This document shows, one piece after another, positions 1-11,330 of a stretch of 64,000 bases of DNA. This stretch comes from Zancudomyces culisetae HAW-14-8 (taxonomy: Eukaryota; Fungi; Kickxellomycota). Within the stretch, counting starts at the first letter, position 1. Every line of letters begins with the position of its first letter. Below the pieces are notes generated by a model. The model was given only the letters and a program-made list of their open reading frames with translations. It had not been told where the DNA came from and did not search any database. A program made the translations under genes and the position numbers. Where the stretch lies: positions 1,736,001 through 1,800,000 of the forward strand of contig JBNJNM010000012.1 of NCBI GenBank assembly GCA_052426225.1, read 5' to 3'.

Positions 1-2
1 AT

Positions 3-2249
3 AACAACGATAACGATGAGGGTGATCATAATCGCAAATCTACCAACAAATATGTCGCCGGCTTTATATCACTAGGCTATGTTTACTTTACAAACCACGA
101 AACCGGAAGCGAAGATCGGAATACCAACAAATCCAATCCGTCAATGCTTGACCTAACTGGCGTTGACCAATTATCGTACAATCAACTGCTTCTACCTACT
201 AAACACAGCAGAAACACGACCACATCGAATCTTGATAACTACGTTTCTAGCAGAATTGATATTCTTCACAACTTGTATCTAAAAAAGAGGCGCAGGAGGA
301 ATAACATAGACAAGGGCCAACAACAGTTATCGCTAGAAGATGGCTCTTCAACCGGGGATGTCTTTTCTGATACAAGCTCTTTTGGTTCTCTTAGTAGCAT
401 CTACAAACTAATTATCGCTCCTGAAGCCAAACTATTAACGACCATTGTAGTTACGACTCTATGTTTATCAGCTGTAAATCTGTATATTCCAAAAGTCACT
501 GGTGATTTAATAACAGTGATATCGTCAAAGTTGGCGGGAGTTGGCGATACAACAATGTCTGGGATGATTGACGAAATTCTACCACCGGCAAAAATGCTGG
601 CTGGCTTATTTCTTGGAAATGGTCTACTGACTTTGGTAAATGTATACCTTCTTTCAGCATATGGCGAAAGAATATCGATTCGAACGAGATTGGAGTTATT
701 TGACAATATTATGAACAGGAAAATGACATTTTTTGATCAAAAAAGCACGACTGAGCTTATAAGTAGGTTGACCAGCGAGGTAAACGAATTCAAATCACAG
801 GCCAAACTAATTGTCGGACAGGGAATAAAAGCGGTAAGTATCACAGCTGGATCTGTTTACCAGCTGTTCAGAATATCAAACCGCCTAACTCTGTTTTTGA
901 TCGGGAGTACCGGAGTTATGTACCTGAGTCTGTGGATATATGGCAAATTACTCATTGCAGCGCGTGAAAAATCAAAGCAAATCAACGAAATGATGCACTC
1001 TATAATTACCGAAGCAATTGAAAACAGTAGAGTAATCAAAGGGTTTGGAAACACATACATTGAATACGAACTGCTCAAACGCGCAGCAGAAGAAAACCAA
1101 CATCAAAATCTGGTGTTTGGATTCCATATGGGTGTCTTCCGCGCACTTAGTAACATAAGTGTTGGTGTTTTGATGATTAATGTGTTGTTATTTGGAGGAA
1201 GGCTGGTGATGAATGGCGAGATTAGTGGTGGGAATCTGATGAGCTATCTAATGAATGTTCAGAATACCGAAAGGGCGCTGGTTAGCATTGGCGAGTTATT
1301 GGGACAGTTTATCAAAATGAAGGGGAATGTAGGCAGAATTTCCGAGTTACTTGATGAAAAAGTGGACAGTGCTAACTGGACTGATCAAAGTAATTCTGAT
1401 AAGAACAATCGTGCTCATACAGTACCAAATAAAAATCTGACAAGCACTGGCTTAGAGATGAGCGTCGGGGCAAGTAATGGCGCTAGTAGTGCGCATACAG
1501 GCGAAAGAATGGAGTTTAATGATAGTATTAGGTTTGAAGATGTTTGGTTTAGCTATGCTACAAGGCCCGAGCACAAAGTCCTCAAGGGATTCAACTTGGA
1601 AATCAAAAAGGGAATGAGTATTGCATTATGTGGCAAGTCTGGTAGTGGAAAAACTACAATATCACAACTGATACAGCGTTTGTATACCCCCGATAGCGGT
1701 ACAATATATATTGACGATGTACCACTACAAGATATGGATCTGCAGACGTATAGGAACTCAATTTCGATTATTGAGCAAAACCCGGTTCTTTTTACAACAT
1801 CAGTTCTTGAAAACCTTCGGTATTCAAACCTGGACGCTAGCCACGATCAAGTCGTTGAAGCCTGCAGGATTGCCAACTGTCTTGAATTCATAGAGGGCGG
1901 GGCTCTGAGTAATGGATTCGACACAGTGATAACCAAGGATAGTTTGTCAGGTGGCCAGAAACAACGCATTGCTATTGCCAGAGCCATTCTGCGAAATCCC
2001 AAACTTTTGATTTTAGACGAAGCAACTGCGAGTTTGGATGCCCAAAACGAAAAATATGTCGTAGATGCCATTGATAATTTAGTCAACTCTAATATTACCG
2101 TTTTAATTATTGCGCACAAACTCAACACAGTCAAGAATGCCGATTTGATTGTGGTGCTGGGAACTGCTGGTCAGATTGTTGAAATGGGCACGCATGATGA
2201 GCTAATGCGCCTTAGAAACCACTACTACGATATGGTTAACACAGATTAG
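3..2249 (+). CDS. ABCB-family half transporter (MDL1/ABCB8/ABCB10-like, probably mitochondrial); 5' end lies outside the window
   Basis: Transmembrane domain followed by NBD with Walker A GKSGSGKT, signature LSGGQKQRIAIARA, Walker B LILDEATASLD and H-loop IIAH. The frame stays open upstream of the Met at 144 back to position 3. Confidence 0.92.
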   Translation, partial: NNDNDEGDHNRKSTNKYVAGFISLGYVYFTNHETGSEDRNTNKSNPSMLDLTGVDQLSYNQLLLPTKHSRNTTTSNLDNYVSSRIDILHNLYLKKRRRRNNIDKGQQQLSLEDGSSTGDVFSDTSSFGSLSSIYKLIIAPEAKLLTTIVVTTLCLSAVNLYIPKVTGDLITVISSKLAGVGDTTMSGMIDEILPPAKMLAGLFLGNGLLTLVNVYLLSAYGERISIRTRLELFDNIMNRKMTFFDQKSTTELISRLTSEVNEFKSQAKLIVGQGIKAVSITAGSVYQLFRISNRLTLFLIGSTGVMYLSLWIYGKLLIAAREKSKQINEMMHSIITEAIENSRVIKGFGNTYIEYELLKRAAEENQHQNLVFGFHMGVFRALSNISVGVLMINVLLFGGRLVMNGEISGGNLMSYLMNVQNTERALVSIGELLGQFIKMKGNVGRISELLDEKVDSANWTDQSNSDKNNRAHTVPNKNLTSTGLEMSVGASNGASSAHTGERMEFNDSIRFEDVWFSYATRPEHKVLKGFNLEIKKGMSIALCGKSGSGKTTISQLIQRLYTPDSGTIYIDDVPLQDMDLQTYRNSISIIEQNPVLFTTSVLENLRYSNLDASHDQVVEACRIANCLEFIEGGALSNGFDTVITKDSLSGGQKQRIAIARAILRNPKLLILDEATASLDAQNEKYVVDAIDNLVNSNITVLIIAHKLNTVKNADLIVVLGTAGQIVEMGTHDELMRLRNHYYDMVNTD

Positions 2250-2501
2250 GTTTTTTCAGTTTAACTACAATACCACTTGATGCTTAATAGTTGTTCACGA
2301 TGCCTATGCATTCTAGAGCCTTACCAAAATACAAATAATTAATAAACATTTAACTGTAAAACAAGTATGTATTTACAACGAGGTTGAAAAAGGTAATATT
2401 GAATAGCCCAGTTTCAAAACGCTTCATTTCAAACAATTATACAAAAACAGATAAAAACTGTGTATTAACCTTAAAAATGAATGTTTTTGCACAATATATA
2501 T

Positions 2502-5492
2502 CTATAGTTTATAACTAGCTAGAATTTGCGAAACCCGCTCACTCGCACGATTAACAACAGTATCTGGAATATCAACAAAACGCGCCAGGTTAAAGATGTC
2601 AATATAAGATAGCTTTTGAAACCTTGGTTTGTTCTGCGAACGGTTGTAACAAAGAGCCGCGTCTAAAATACCATCCAACTTGTTGATTACCTGGTCACAG
2701 CATACCAACGATTTAAACGAGCTATTCTTGTATCTTTTCTTTTTAGTATTGTCGCTTATGTTTGCTGGAGACTCCAAAACAGGGTTAGTGTTGATGGACG
2801 GTATGTATGTCTTTTGAATATTCACTCTGGAGCTTTTGCCATTATCTGAATGCGTTGCAATGGTAGAACTAGAATCCTTTATAGAACTACCAGGCTGGTT
2901 GATCTCGTTATTAGCGCGACAAAAGCTAGAAACTGTGGGTGTTGATGTTATGAAGGAACTGGTCCCAAAATTTCCAGACTCAATAATCCTCAGAAGTGAA
3001 GTTTGAACGCTAGGTGATCTAAACAATATACTTAGGCTATCATTATCAGTGTTGTTTGCCAAAAAAGGCGTCGAAATAGATTGGTTTCGGACGACTTTGC
3101 TGTGGTCAAAGTCCATGTTGGCTGGTTCAGCAAGATCCTTATCGCTGTTACTACCGCAAGCTTCTTTAGTTTCAGTCTCGCTATCATTTCTATTGGTGGC
3201 TTCTGGACTCTTATTCATGTACCTTGACATCAAATCTTTTTCGTACAGATCAAATACTCTCTCATTTTTAACCTGAATATATTTGTTTAACAGTTTGGCA
3301 TTGTCATACTTTGGAGCTTCTTTGTTATTTTTGTAATCTGAACTTATTAAATTGTATATCCTACACCGATTGTTTAAAAACGGGTTCCGTTTTCGCTCTC
3401 CTGGCTCATCAGTATCATTATCATCTATAAACGAGTCAGAAGAGTCATAATTTTCATCATCATTCTCCTCCAAATCTGAATTTAAATCCAAATAATCGTC
3501 TTTTTCACTTTTATTTTCTTTCTCTGCCTCTTCTAGCATTGAACTTAGTGAAGGCTCTGCTTCTTCTAAATCAAAAAGCCTTGTCAGTGTTACAGGATCA
3601 AAAACTCCTTCGATAGGTTTGAGCATGGGTTGTTTATTCTTTGTTTTTTTCTTAGCTTGATTTCCATCTTTATCACGATCACCACCACTTGAATTATCTT
3701 GTTTATTTATATGAGAGGCAATCAAAATGTTCATCAACTTTGCCTTTTCGGTATAGGAATTCTGCACGCTGTCTCCATTAGACCAGTTTTGGGATCCCAT
3801 ATATCGCTTAAACAGAGTGTAGTGATAATTTGCTCTATTACGTTGTGCCCTCGAGTTAGCATATTCTTCTACTATCGGCATTCGTACATCATAAACATCC
3901 TTGTTTATCCGTTTCAGCTTTGTATTTTTAAAATCTTGATTTGATTCTTCAAGCTTAGATGATGCTATGGCTCGCTTACGGGTCCGTTTCAAACTGAACA
4001 GCTGCAAAAGTTCTTGTTTTATTTCATCATCGAGATTATTTGTGTCTATTCCGTACTTATTCTTTATTCGCGTTTCTAAAAACCCATCCATGACACCTTT
4101 CTTGGTAATAAGAACATCATTCAGGATGCGATCCTGCTCATTGTCATCATCATCATCAACATTGAATTCATAATTTTCTATATCGCCGCGAACGCCCGTG
4201 TTTCTAAATTTAGTGCCGTTGCTAACACTTTTAACACCCAGTCCTTCCAACATAGTATCAACCTCTTTGTCAATCCCCAGCTGCTTAATTGAGTCTTTTA
4301 CAGGCCACGTTCCGCTAATTCCGTGAATACGTGTTGTTGAATCAATTACCTTTTTCGATGATCCGCTTTTGTTAAGGTTAAACAATATATTGAGATTGGT
4401 GTTGCAGAGTACATCTTTCTCAGGATCAAGCTCGTTTTTAAGAAATACATAAGTTGATAGTTGGTTGTAGTACCTCATGTTTTTATCAACTAAAGGAGTT
4501 GACCTTTTTTGAGTGCTAGACTTGATCGAATGAGAATCAGATTCCATCAGTTCGTTGTTGCTTTCTCCACCCGATTCAAATTCGCTTTCCCTTTTTATCA
4601 CTACATCGTCTATAATGTCTTCTTCATCTAAATAGATGGCTTGAGAGTCCTCTATCTCGTCTATACCACTGCTATACACATCCTCCTCCTCATATTTTTC
4701 TATTTGTGTTTGTTTTTCATAAAACCTTTTATATATAGGCAAAATAGTTCGAAGATTAAAATTTCTATTTGAATTTTCCCCAGTTTTTTCTGAAAAACTA
4801 TACAAATTTCCAAGAGGCTCAGAACCAATATCCGAGAAAGACTCAGAGTTATTGGAAATTCCCAAAGATTCTCGAGACATAGTCTTATATCCATCGGATT
4901 CCGATAGATCATCTTTATCACTCGATTCTGATTCGTTTTCTTTGTCGCGTACTGCTTGCCTCATTGAGCTAGCTTTCAAATATGCTAATTCGAGAGGACC
5001 AAATCGATCTTTCCACTGATGCCCAAATTGCGTATACATTTTGAGCCGCCTCTCTCCATCTCTAACTGTTTTCCTTTTCACTTTGCGCTCATGTTTTTCT
5101 GATTTTCCTTTTCTTTTCCGACTATTTCTAGAAGAACCTGGTCTTTCATCGCCAATATCATTTATTCTGTCGTTATTATCGGAATGGATATCATTGAGTT
5201 CGTTTTCGCTCGGTTGAATGTACTCAGATCCCTCTGATATATTTTCTAGTTCAAGATCTAGGCTCTCGTTCTCTGAATACGTATCGAAATCGTCTTGATC
5301 ATGGTTTCGAGAATGAAAAGAGTTTTCTGATTCAGGCGAAGAATCACTTTTGGAAATTTGATTTGATTCTTTAAATCTTTTACTTTGTCTATTTAGAATT
5401 CCTGTGTCCGATTCATCCGCCCCGATATCGAGCTTAATGCTGTAATTTACACTTTTTAGCTTCCCTCGGTCTCTCAGATTCATTTTATTCAT
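2502..5492 (-). CDS. 996-aa acidic, low-complexity nuclear protein, possibly Rrn9-like (Pol I UAF subunit)
   Basis: Long single-exon ORF with basic NLS-like patches. GTWP motif and C-terminal KLDGILDAAL...SYIDIFNLARFVDIPDTVVNRASERVSQIL resemble fungal Rrn9 motifs (recalled, not searched). The ORF itself is well supported; the product call is not. Confidence 0.6.
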   Translation of the reverse strand: MNKMNLRDRGKLKSVNYSIKLDIGADESDTGILNRQSKRFKESNQISKSDSSPESENSFHSRNHDQDDFDTYSENESLDLELENISEGSEYIQPSENELNDIHSDNNDRINDIGDERPGSSRNSRKRKGKSEKHERKVKRKTVRDGERRLKMYTQFGHQWKDRFGPLELAYLKASSMRQAVRDKENESESSDKDDLSESDGYKTMSRESLGISNNSESFSDIGSEPLGNLYSFSEKTGENSNRNFNLRTILPIYKRFYEKQTQIEKYEEEDVYSSGIDEIEDSQAIYLDEEDIIDDVVIKRESEFESGGESNNELMESDSHSIKSSTQKRSTPLVDKNMRYYNQLSTYVFLKNELDPEKDVLCNTNLNILFNLNKSGSSKKVIDSTTRIHGISGTWPVKDSIKQLGIDKEVDTMLEGLGVKSVSNGTKFRNTGVRGDIENYEFNVDDDDDNEQDRILNDVLITKKGVMDGFLETRIKNKYGIDTNNLDDEIKQELLQLFSLKRTRKRAIASSKLEESNQDFKNTKLKRINKDVYDVRMPIVEEYANSRAQRNRANYHYTLFKRYMGSQNWSNGDSVQNSYTEKAKLMNILIASHINKQDNSSGGDRDKDGNQAKKKTKNKQPMLKPIEGVFDPVTLTRLFDLEEAEPSLSSMLEEAEKENKSEKDDYLDLNSDLEENDDENYDSSDSFIDDNDTDEPGERKRNPFLNNRCRIYNLISSDYKNNKEAPKYDNAKLLNKYIQVKNERVFDLYEKDLMSRYMNKSPEATNRNDSETETKEACGSNSDKDLAEPANMDFDHSKVVRNQSISTPFLANNTDNDSLSILFRSPSVQTSLLRIIESGNFGTSSFITSTPTVSSFCRANNEINQPGSSIKDSSSTIATHSDNGKSSRVNIQKTYIPSINTNPVLESPANISDNTKKKRYKNSSFKSLVCCDQVINKLDGILDAALCYNRSQNKPRFQKLSYIDIFNLARFVDIPDTVVNRASERVSQILASYKL

Positions 5493-5902
5493 TTATTCAT
5501 TTTTTCATCCTATATATGATTAACTGAATAAAAAGTTTTTAATTTAGCTTATTTGCAAAATAATGAACATTAAATGTATTTAATTGGAAATCAAGTTATA
5601 AATTTACCACCAATTACTATTCTCGATGAAAAATCAACAAGCAGGCTGAAAGTATTTCATGCTACGAATTTCAAAGCTTTCACGTGACAAGCCAATATCA
5701 TTTAACTGTTGATAAAAAAATCCCAATTCTTTGTTTGTGTATATGAAAGACGAGAATAGTATATAATGTTGAAAAATGCCAACTCAAAACTTCAATTTGA
5801 AACTAACTATAAGAGTGAAATTAGAATTGGTAATCAATTTGGAGTAAAATAGCTGTGCATTATTAGTCCAATGTTGGTTTTTTATTTAAAGAAAATTAAA
5901 AC

Positions 5903-6235
5903 TTAATCGGTGTAGTAGATACTAAAGCTAAATAAAGCGGGGCAAGCTTCCATGTGAGGCAATTTACCAGTAGTATTTGAGGTATCCCCATACTTATCCT
6001 CATTCCCGCCACCAACGGTCACCAGTTCCATTTCCTGCACTACTATCATCTGCTGAACCATCAACAATCTGTGAAAGCTGTCATCAGCTGGAGCAGCATA
6101 TATTCTAAAGTCCTGGACTTGTCCCATTGGTGGTTGCATAGGACCAGCATTTGCTCTTGATCTTGAGGTGGCTGCAGCATTTGCTGATACTGTGGCAACT
6201 GTAGCTGTGAGGAGTGCGAGCGTTAACTTTACCAT
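5903..6235 (-). CDS. Small putatively secreted protein, possibly decayed
   Basis: Signal peptide MVKLTLALLTATVATVSANA. Its first ~60 nt are clearly similar to the start of the gene at 17105. Confidence 0.45.
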   Translation of the reverse strand: MVKLTLALLTATVATVSANAAATSRSRANAGPMQPPMGQVQDFRIYAAPADDSFHRLLMVQQMIVVQEMELVTVGGGNEDKYGDTSNTTGKLPHMEACPALFSFSIYYTD

Positions 6236-6484
6236 TTTTGATATTCAGTTTAAAATGAGCGTTGTGTGTAGCAGATTGCTGATGCTTTATGATAATGGTT
6301 ATGCGTTTATTTTGAATCGAGGTTGTTGTTCTTGCTAGTGGATGATACGACAGGATTAGAACCGACAGAGATGAAAGCACAGGTTGGTGGGGTTGAGCTG
6401 GTGAAGCTGGTTGGTGGTGATAAACTGGTTGAAGGTGTTCAGCTGATAATTTAGTTGACCATGAGGATACTGAAATCGATAGGG

Positions 6485-9304
6485 TTAGTAAGAGTAATAA
6501 GGATAATGGTACTGGTGAGGCTCATGGGATTGATAAAGTTGATAAGAAATATAGGGGTAATAAGCTTGGTAAAGTTGAGCAGGTTGGTAAGACTGAGCAG
6601 GTTGGTAAGATTGGTAAGATTGATGAGGTTGAGCAGGTTGAGCAGGTTGAGCAGGTCGATGAAGCTGAGCAGGTTGATAAGATTGAGCAGGTTGGTAAGA
6701 TTGAGCCAATTGAGAAGGTTGAACAGATTGGTAAGGTTGGTAAGATTGGTAAGGTAAGTAAGATTGGTAAGATTGGTAAGGTTGGTAAGATTGGTAAAAT
6801 TGGTGAGGTTGATGAGATTGAGCAGGTTGAACAGGTTGGGCAGGTTGAGCAGGTTTGACAGGTTGAGCAGATTGGCAAGGTTGAGCAGGTTGAGCAGGTT
6901 GAGCAGGTTGAGCAGGTTGAGCAGGTTGAGCAGGTTGAGCAGGTTGAGCAGGTTGGGCAGGTTTGGCGGATTGAGCAGGCTGTGCAGGTTTGACAGGTTT
7001 GGCGGATTGAGCAGGTTGAGCAGATTGAGCAGGTCGAGCAGGTCGGGCAGGTTCAGCAGATTGGCAAGGTTGAGCAGATTGAGCAGGTTGGGCAGGTTGG
7101 GCAGGTTGAGCAGATTGAGCAGGTTGAGCAGATTGAGCAGGTTGAGCAGGTTGAGCAGGTTGAGCAGATTGGGCAGGTTGAGCAGATTGAGCAGGTTGAA
7201 CAGGTCGACCAGGTCGAGCAGGTTGGGCAGGTTTGGTGGATTGAGCAGGTTGAGCAGATTGAGCAGGTCGAGCAGGTTTGGCAGGTTGGGCAGGTTTGGC
7301 GGATTGGGCAGGTTGGTGAGGTTGGTAAGGTTGAGCAGGTTGAGCAGGTTGAGCAGGCTGTGCAGGTTTGACAGGTTGAGCAGGTCGAGCAGGTTGGGCA
7401 GGTTTGGTGGATTGAGCAGGTTGAGCAGATTGAGCAGGTCGAGCAGGTTTGGCAGATTGGGCAGGTTTGGCGGATTGGGCAGGTTGGTGAGGTTGGTAAG
7501 GTTGAGCAGGTTGAGCAGGTTGAGCAGGTTGAGCAGGTTGAGCAGGTTGAGCAGGTTGAGCAGGTTGAGCAGGTTGAGCAGGTTGAGCAGGTTGAGCAGG
7601 TTGAGCAGGTTGAGCAGGTTGAGCAGGTTGAGCAGGTTGGGCAGGTTTGGCGGATTGAGCAGGCTGTGCAGGTTTGACAGGTTTGGCGGATTGAGCAGGT
7701 TGAGCAGATTGAGCAGGTCGAGCAGGTCGGGCAGGTTCAGCAGATTGGCAAGGTTGAGCAGATTGAGCAGGTTGGGCAGGTTGAGCAGATTGAGCAGGTT
7801 GAGCAGATTGAGCAGGTTGTGCAGGTTTGACAGGTTTGGCGGATTGAGCAGGTTGAGCAGATTGAGCAGGTCGAGCAGGTCGGGCAGGTTTGGCGGATTG
7901 AGCAGGTTGAGCAGATTGAGCAGGTCGAGCAGGTCGGGCAGGTTCAGCAGATTGGCAAGGTTGAGCAGATTGAGCAGGTTGGGCAGGTTGGGCAGGTTGA
8001 GCAGATTGAGCAGGTCGAGCAGGTCGGGCAGGTTCAGCAGATTGGCAAGGTTGAGCAGATTGAGCAGGTTGGGCAGGTTGGGCAGGTTGAGCAGATTGAG
8101 CAGGTTGAGCAGATTGAGCAGGTTGAGCAGGTTTGGTGGATTGAGCAGGTTGAGCAGATTGAGCAGGTCGAGCAGGTTTGGCAGATTGGGCAGGTTTGGC
8201 GGATTGGGCAGGTTGGTGAGGTTGGTAAGGTTGAGCAGGTTGAGCAGGTTGAGCAGGTTGAGCAGGTTGGGCAGGTTGGGCAGGTTGAGCAGGTTGAGCA
8301 GGTTGAGCAGGTTTGGTGGATTGAGCAGGTTGAGCAGATTGAGCAGGTCGAGCAGGTTTGGCAGATTGGGCAGGTTGAGCAGATTGAGCAGGTTGAACAG
8401 GTTTGGCAGATTGGGCAGGTTTGGTGGATTGAGCAGGTTGAGCAGATTGAGCAGGTTGAGCAGGTTGAGCAGGTTGAGCAGGTTGGGCAGATTGAGCAGG
8501 TTGAGCAGGTTGAGCAGGTTGAGCAGGTTTGACAGATTGAGCAGATTGGCAAGGTTGAGCAGGTTGAGCAGGTTGAGCAGGTTGAGCAGGTTGAGCAGGT
8601 TGAGCAGGTTGAGCAGGTTGAGCAGGTTGAGCAGGTCGACCAGGTTTGGCAGGCTGTGAAGGCCGAGCAGATTGGTGAAGTGAGGTTGGCGAGGTTGGTG
8701 TCGAATTTTTGCAGGTAGAATCATCACATTTATATTCCACGTTTTTGATTGATGTAGAGTTTTTTTCAGCTCCAAATGCAAGACTTACACTTTGTGAGTT
8801 CACAAATGTCGCTACATCATAATCAGCTGGTGACAGTGTCAAAATTGGCTTATAACTTCCAACCAATCCAACATTGATACCTGAACTGTTAACTTGAACA
8901 TATACTTTTTGAGTATCTGCTACTCCAGAGACGACATCTGCTCTTCCAGAGTATACCGAAGATCCAATGTACCATGAACCAGAGTTTACACCAATTACGC
9001 CTTCAATTACCTCCTTGCCAGTGATTAATTTCTTTTGAGTACTAATTGCAAAGTAAACATCAGAGGTTTGATCAACATCGAAAATAACAAAGTAATTTTG
9101 TCCTGGGCAAGAAACATCAATAGCGCTGTCCCAGCTGTAATTGATAATTGAACAATCACCAGATCCTTGGGCAATCTCAAGCTGGCTGATATGGTCAAAA
9201 CAGTTAACTCTCTCGTTTACAGCCATGGTGGGAGCTCCTACTATTGGTGGAAGCAAGTTAATTAGCACTATCGAGAATATTGATTTATATGCACTTGATT
9301 TCAT
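6485..9304 (-). CDS. Secreted protein: signal peptide, ~180-aa Cys-containing globular domain, ~690-aa (QPA/QSA/KPA/RPA)n repeat and Tyr/Gln-rich tail
   Basis: ATG, hydrophobic leader and non-repetitive domain are contiguous with the repeat only in this frame. Confidence 0.85.
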   Translation of the reverse strand: MKSSAYKSIFSIVLINLLPPIVGAPTMAVNERVNCFDHISQLEIAQGSGDCSIINYSWDSAIDVSCPGQNYFVIFDVDQTSDVYFAISTQKKLITGKEVIEGVIGVNSGSWYIGSSVYSGRADVVSGVADTQKVYVQVNSSGINVGLVGSYKPILTLSPADYDVATFVNSQSVSLAFGAEKNSTSIKNVEYKCDDSTCKNSTPTSPTSLHQSARPSQPAKPGRPAQPAQPAQPAQPAQPAQPAQPAQPAQPCQSAQSVKPAQPAQPAQPAQSAQPAQPAQPAQPAQSAQPAQSTKPAQSAKPVQPAQSAQPAQSAKPARPAQSAQPAQSTKPAQPAQPAQPAQPAQPAQPAQPAQPAQPYQPHQPAQSAKPAQSAKPARPAQSAQPAQSTKPAQPAQSAQPAQSAQPAQPAQPAQSAQPCQSAEPARPARPAQSAQPAQPAQPAQSAQPCQSAEPARPARPAQSAQPAQSAKPARPARPAQSAQPAQSAKPVKPAQPAQSAQPAQSAQPAQPAQSAQPCQSAEPARPARPAQSAQPAQSAKPVKPAQPAQSAKPAQPAQPAQPAQPAQPAQPAQPAQPAQPAQPAQPAQPAQPAQPAQPAQPYQPHQPAQSAKPAQSAKPARPAQSAQPAQSTKPAQPARPAQPVKPAQPAQPAQPAQPYQPHQPAQSAKPAQPAKPARPAQSAQPAQSTKPAQPARPGRPVQPAQSAQPAQSAQPAQPAQPAQSAQPAQSAQPAQPAQPAQSAQPCQSAEPARPARPAQSAQPAQSAKPVKPAQPAQSAKPAQPAQPAQPAQPAQPAQPAQPAQPAQPCQSAQPVKPAQPAQPVQPAQSHQPHQFYQSYQPYQSYQSYLPYQSYQPYQSVQPSQLAQSYQPAQSYQPAQLHRPAQPAQPAQPHQSYQSYQPAQSYQPAQLYQAYYPYISYQLYQSHEPHQYHYPYYSY
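6590..8660 (-). repeat. 9-bp coding minisatellite (CCTGCTCAA and variants) with higher-order blocks
   Basis: On the + strand, ttgagcagg is repeated about 200 times with recurring variant blocks. Confidence 0.97.
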
Positions 9305-10859
9305 TTTTATGATATGCTTTTATTGAAGTCTATAAATTTAATTGTGTGAATGCATGTATAAACGATTGAATTGTGATTTATTGATTATACTGAAAAATGT
9401 TGGTTTATATGTATTTTCGGCTCATCAAACTCTTAATATAAAAGCTAATTAATCTTTCTAGCCAAGTTTTTGTCATCACAAGTCAACCTTAATCTTTATA
9501 ATTAGCTTTTCCTATTTTTAGGTTTGGAGAAAACGTAATACAGGACAACTGTTTTTTTTTGAAAGAGTGAGGCAAACCCGATTCTGTCTATTGTAAAGCA
9601 AACGAAATGAAACTATGACATACTGTGCTATAAAACACTTATTCGTTAATTAATTTAGTAAGCGATAGCGATATTAGCAAATAAAATATGCCTCGAACAG
9701 TACCACCTTATGCTTGCAGCAAAATATGATTAAAACATTAATATGTAAGCACCCCTATCTAGTAAAATACGCGATTCCAGATGAGGAGAATCACCTATTC
9801 GCTTTAACTTTATAAAATTACCTTTTTAGTTTATTACTTTCTTGGTAAATTACCACTGCTATCAGCCATTTAACTGAAGAATAATGATTTTTAAATACAC
9901 TGAAAACTGTATTTTTCATTTGGAAGATTGTAGTCTAACAAAATTCGGTCACAAATCCCTTAAATTACAAATAGTGTATTTTTAGAATATTTTTAGTTTA
10001 AGCAAAAATAGAGCCTTGGAATAGGGCCCCACAAAATCTTCTATAATTAACAAATCTCTATTTTTAGATGCAAGCTATCATTTATAACGCTTTGAATAAA
10101 TATTGTAAATCTAAGAAAATTGTAAGGAACAGGAGGGTTTATTATCAGGGCAATTTCCGAGAAATACTAGATAACCGAGATGATTATACTCCGTAACACA
10201 TACCCTGAGATGCATAGTTTTAAAGCTATTTTAGTATATATTTGTTAATAATTAGATAAAACTTTAGCTAATGCCATATAAATAAATATATAATTTTGAT
10301 CCGATGCTCTGATGTTCATCAAATTATACACAATTGGCTTCGGAAAATATTTATTTTCCAAAAATAGATGAATTTAAAATATACTTTTATAAAATATTTA
10401 GCAAGACTATTATTACACATATATGTAGATGAGTTTTATTAGATATTAAATAAACAAAAAAAGTTCATAAAGTTAACGAATATGAAAAATGAGGGATCAA
10501 TGAACCCCAATCAAAAAGTATCATATTCGTACCCAACCAATAAGGATCCAGATCGCGCAATAGCTAAAGAGGGAACACTCGGGCATTATTCAAACAGAGT
10601 ATAAACAAGCTGGGACAATCAGTTAAAAGAGTGGAGATAACAGAGTTTTAATTAGACATATAAATGGAAGGTTAAGTGTATGTAATATTTTGCATTTTGG
10701 GGGAGTAACTGTTGGTGGTGTTTTGAGTTTTATTTTGTTAGTGCTAGTGTTAGTGCAATTTTATCATACTTTTATTATTATCCTCAACTATTCGAATGTA
10801 AAAGTTTCTTAAAAGGCAGAAAGATCATTAATTGTTAAAAATTAATAGCAGAGTTTAGA

Positions 10860-11330
10860 CTCAAACATTTAGAGTAGAACCAGAATGCCTGAGAATAGGA
10901 AATTAAAGCATCATCACTGAGATTGTAAACTCCACCTAAATTCAAATGAACGAGTGAAAAGTTGCCTGTTTCGTTTTCCACCAGCATAATCAAAAAATCT
11001 CAAAACCCATCCCCATTTATATTTGTATAGTAATACAACACAAGTTCTGTTCTTTGTTTCAACGTTGATATTAAAAAGAACTAAAGTGTGTCGTTATCCA
11101 AAACATGTATTTACTAATAATCCTACACACTTTGTTCATGGCATCTTAAGAGATAACTCCAAATAAAGTGGTATCCCTTATATGTTTTCCGATATGCAAA
11201 CATGCAAGCCCAACAAGATGGAAAATATTCAAACCTATCTTTAATAACCTAAGTTCAGTTTTCACTACCTTTTTTTTACGTTATCTTTGTCATTCTAGCT
11301 TCGTATTTCATCTTTGCTGTGTTTGTGGAG
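10860..11330 (-). pseudogene. Possible decayed RNI-like leucine-rich-repeat gene fragment
   Basis: Minus-strand reading ...TELVLYYYTNINGDGF*DFLIMLVENETGNFSLVHLNLGGVYNLSDDAL... shows LRR-like periodicity interrupted by stops. Confidence 0.25.

Noticed and set aside
6590-8660. CRISPR-like array
   Set aside because: It is a tandem 9-mer with no unique spacers, in a eukaryotic coding context.
6451-8781. Long LN-rich, RLS-rich and CST-rich ORFs overlapping the QPA gene
   Set aside because: These are shadow frames of a stop-free 9-bp repeat. Only the QPA frame has a signal peptide and a unique domain.
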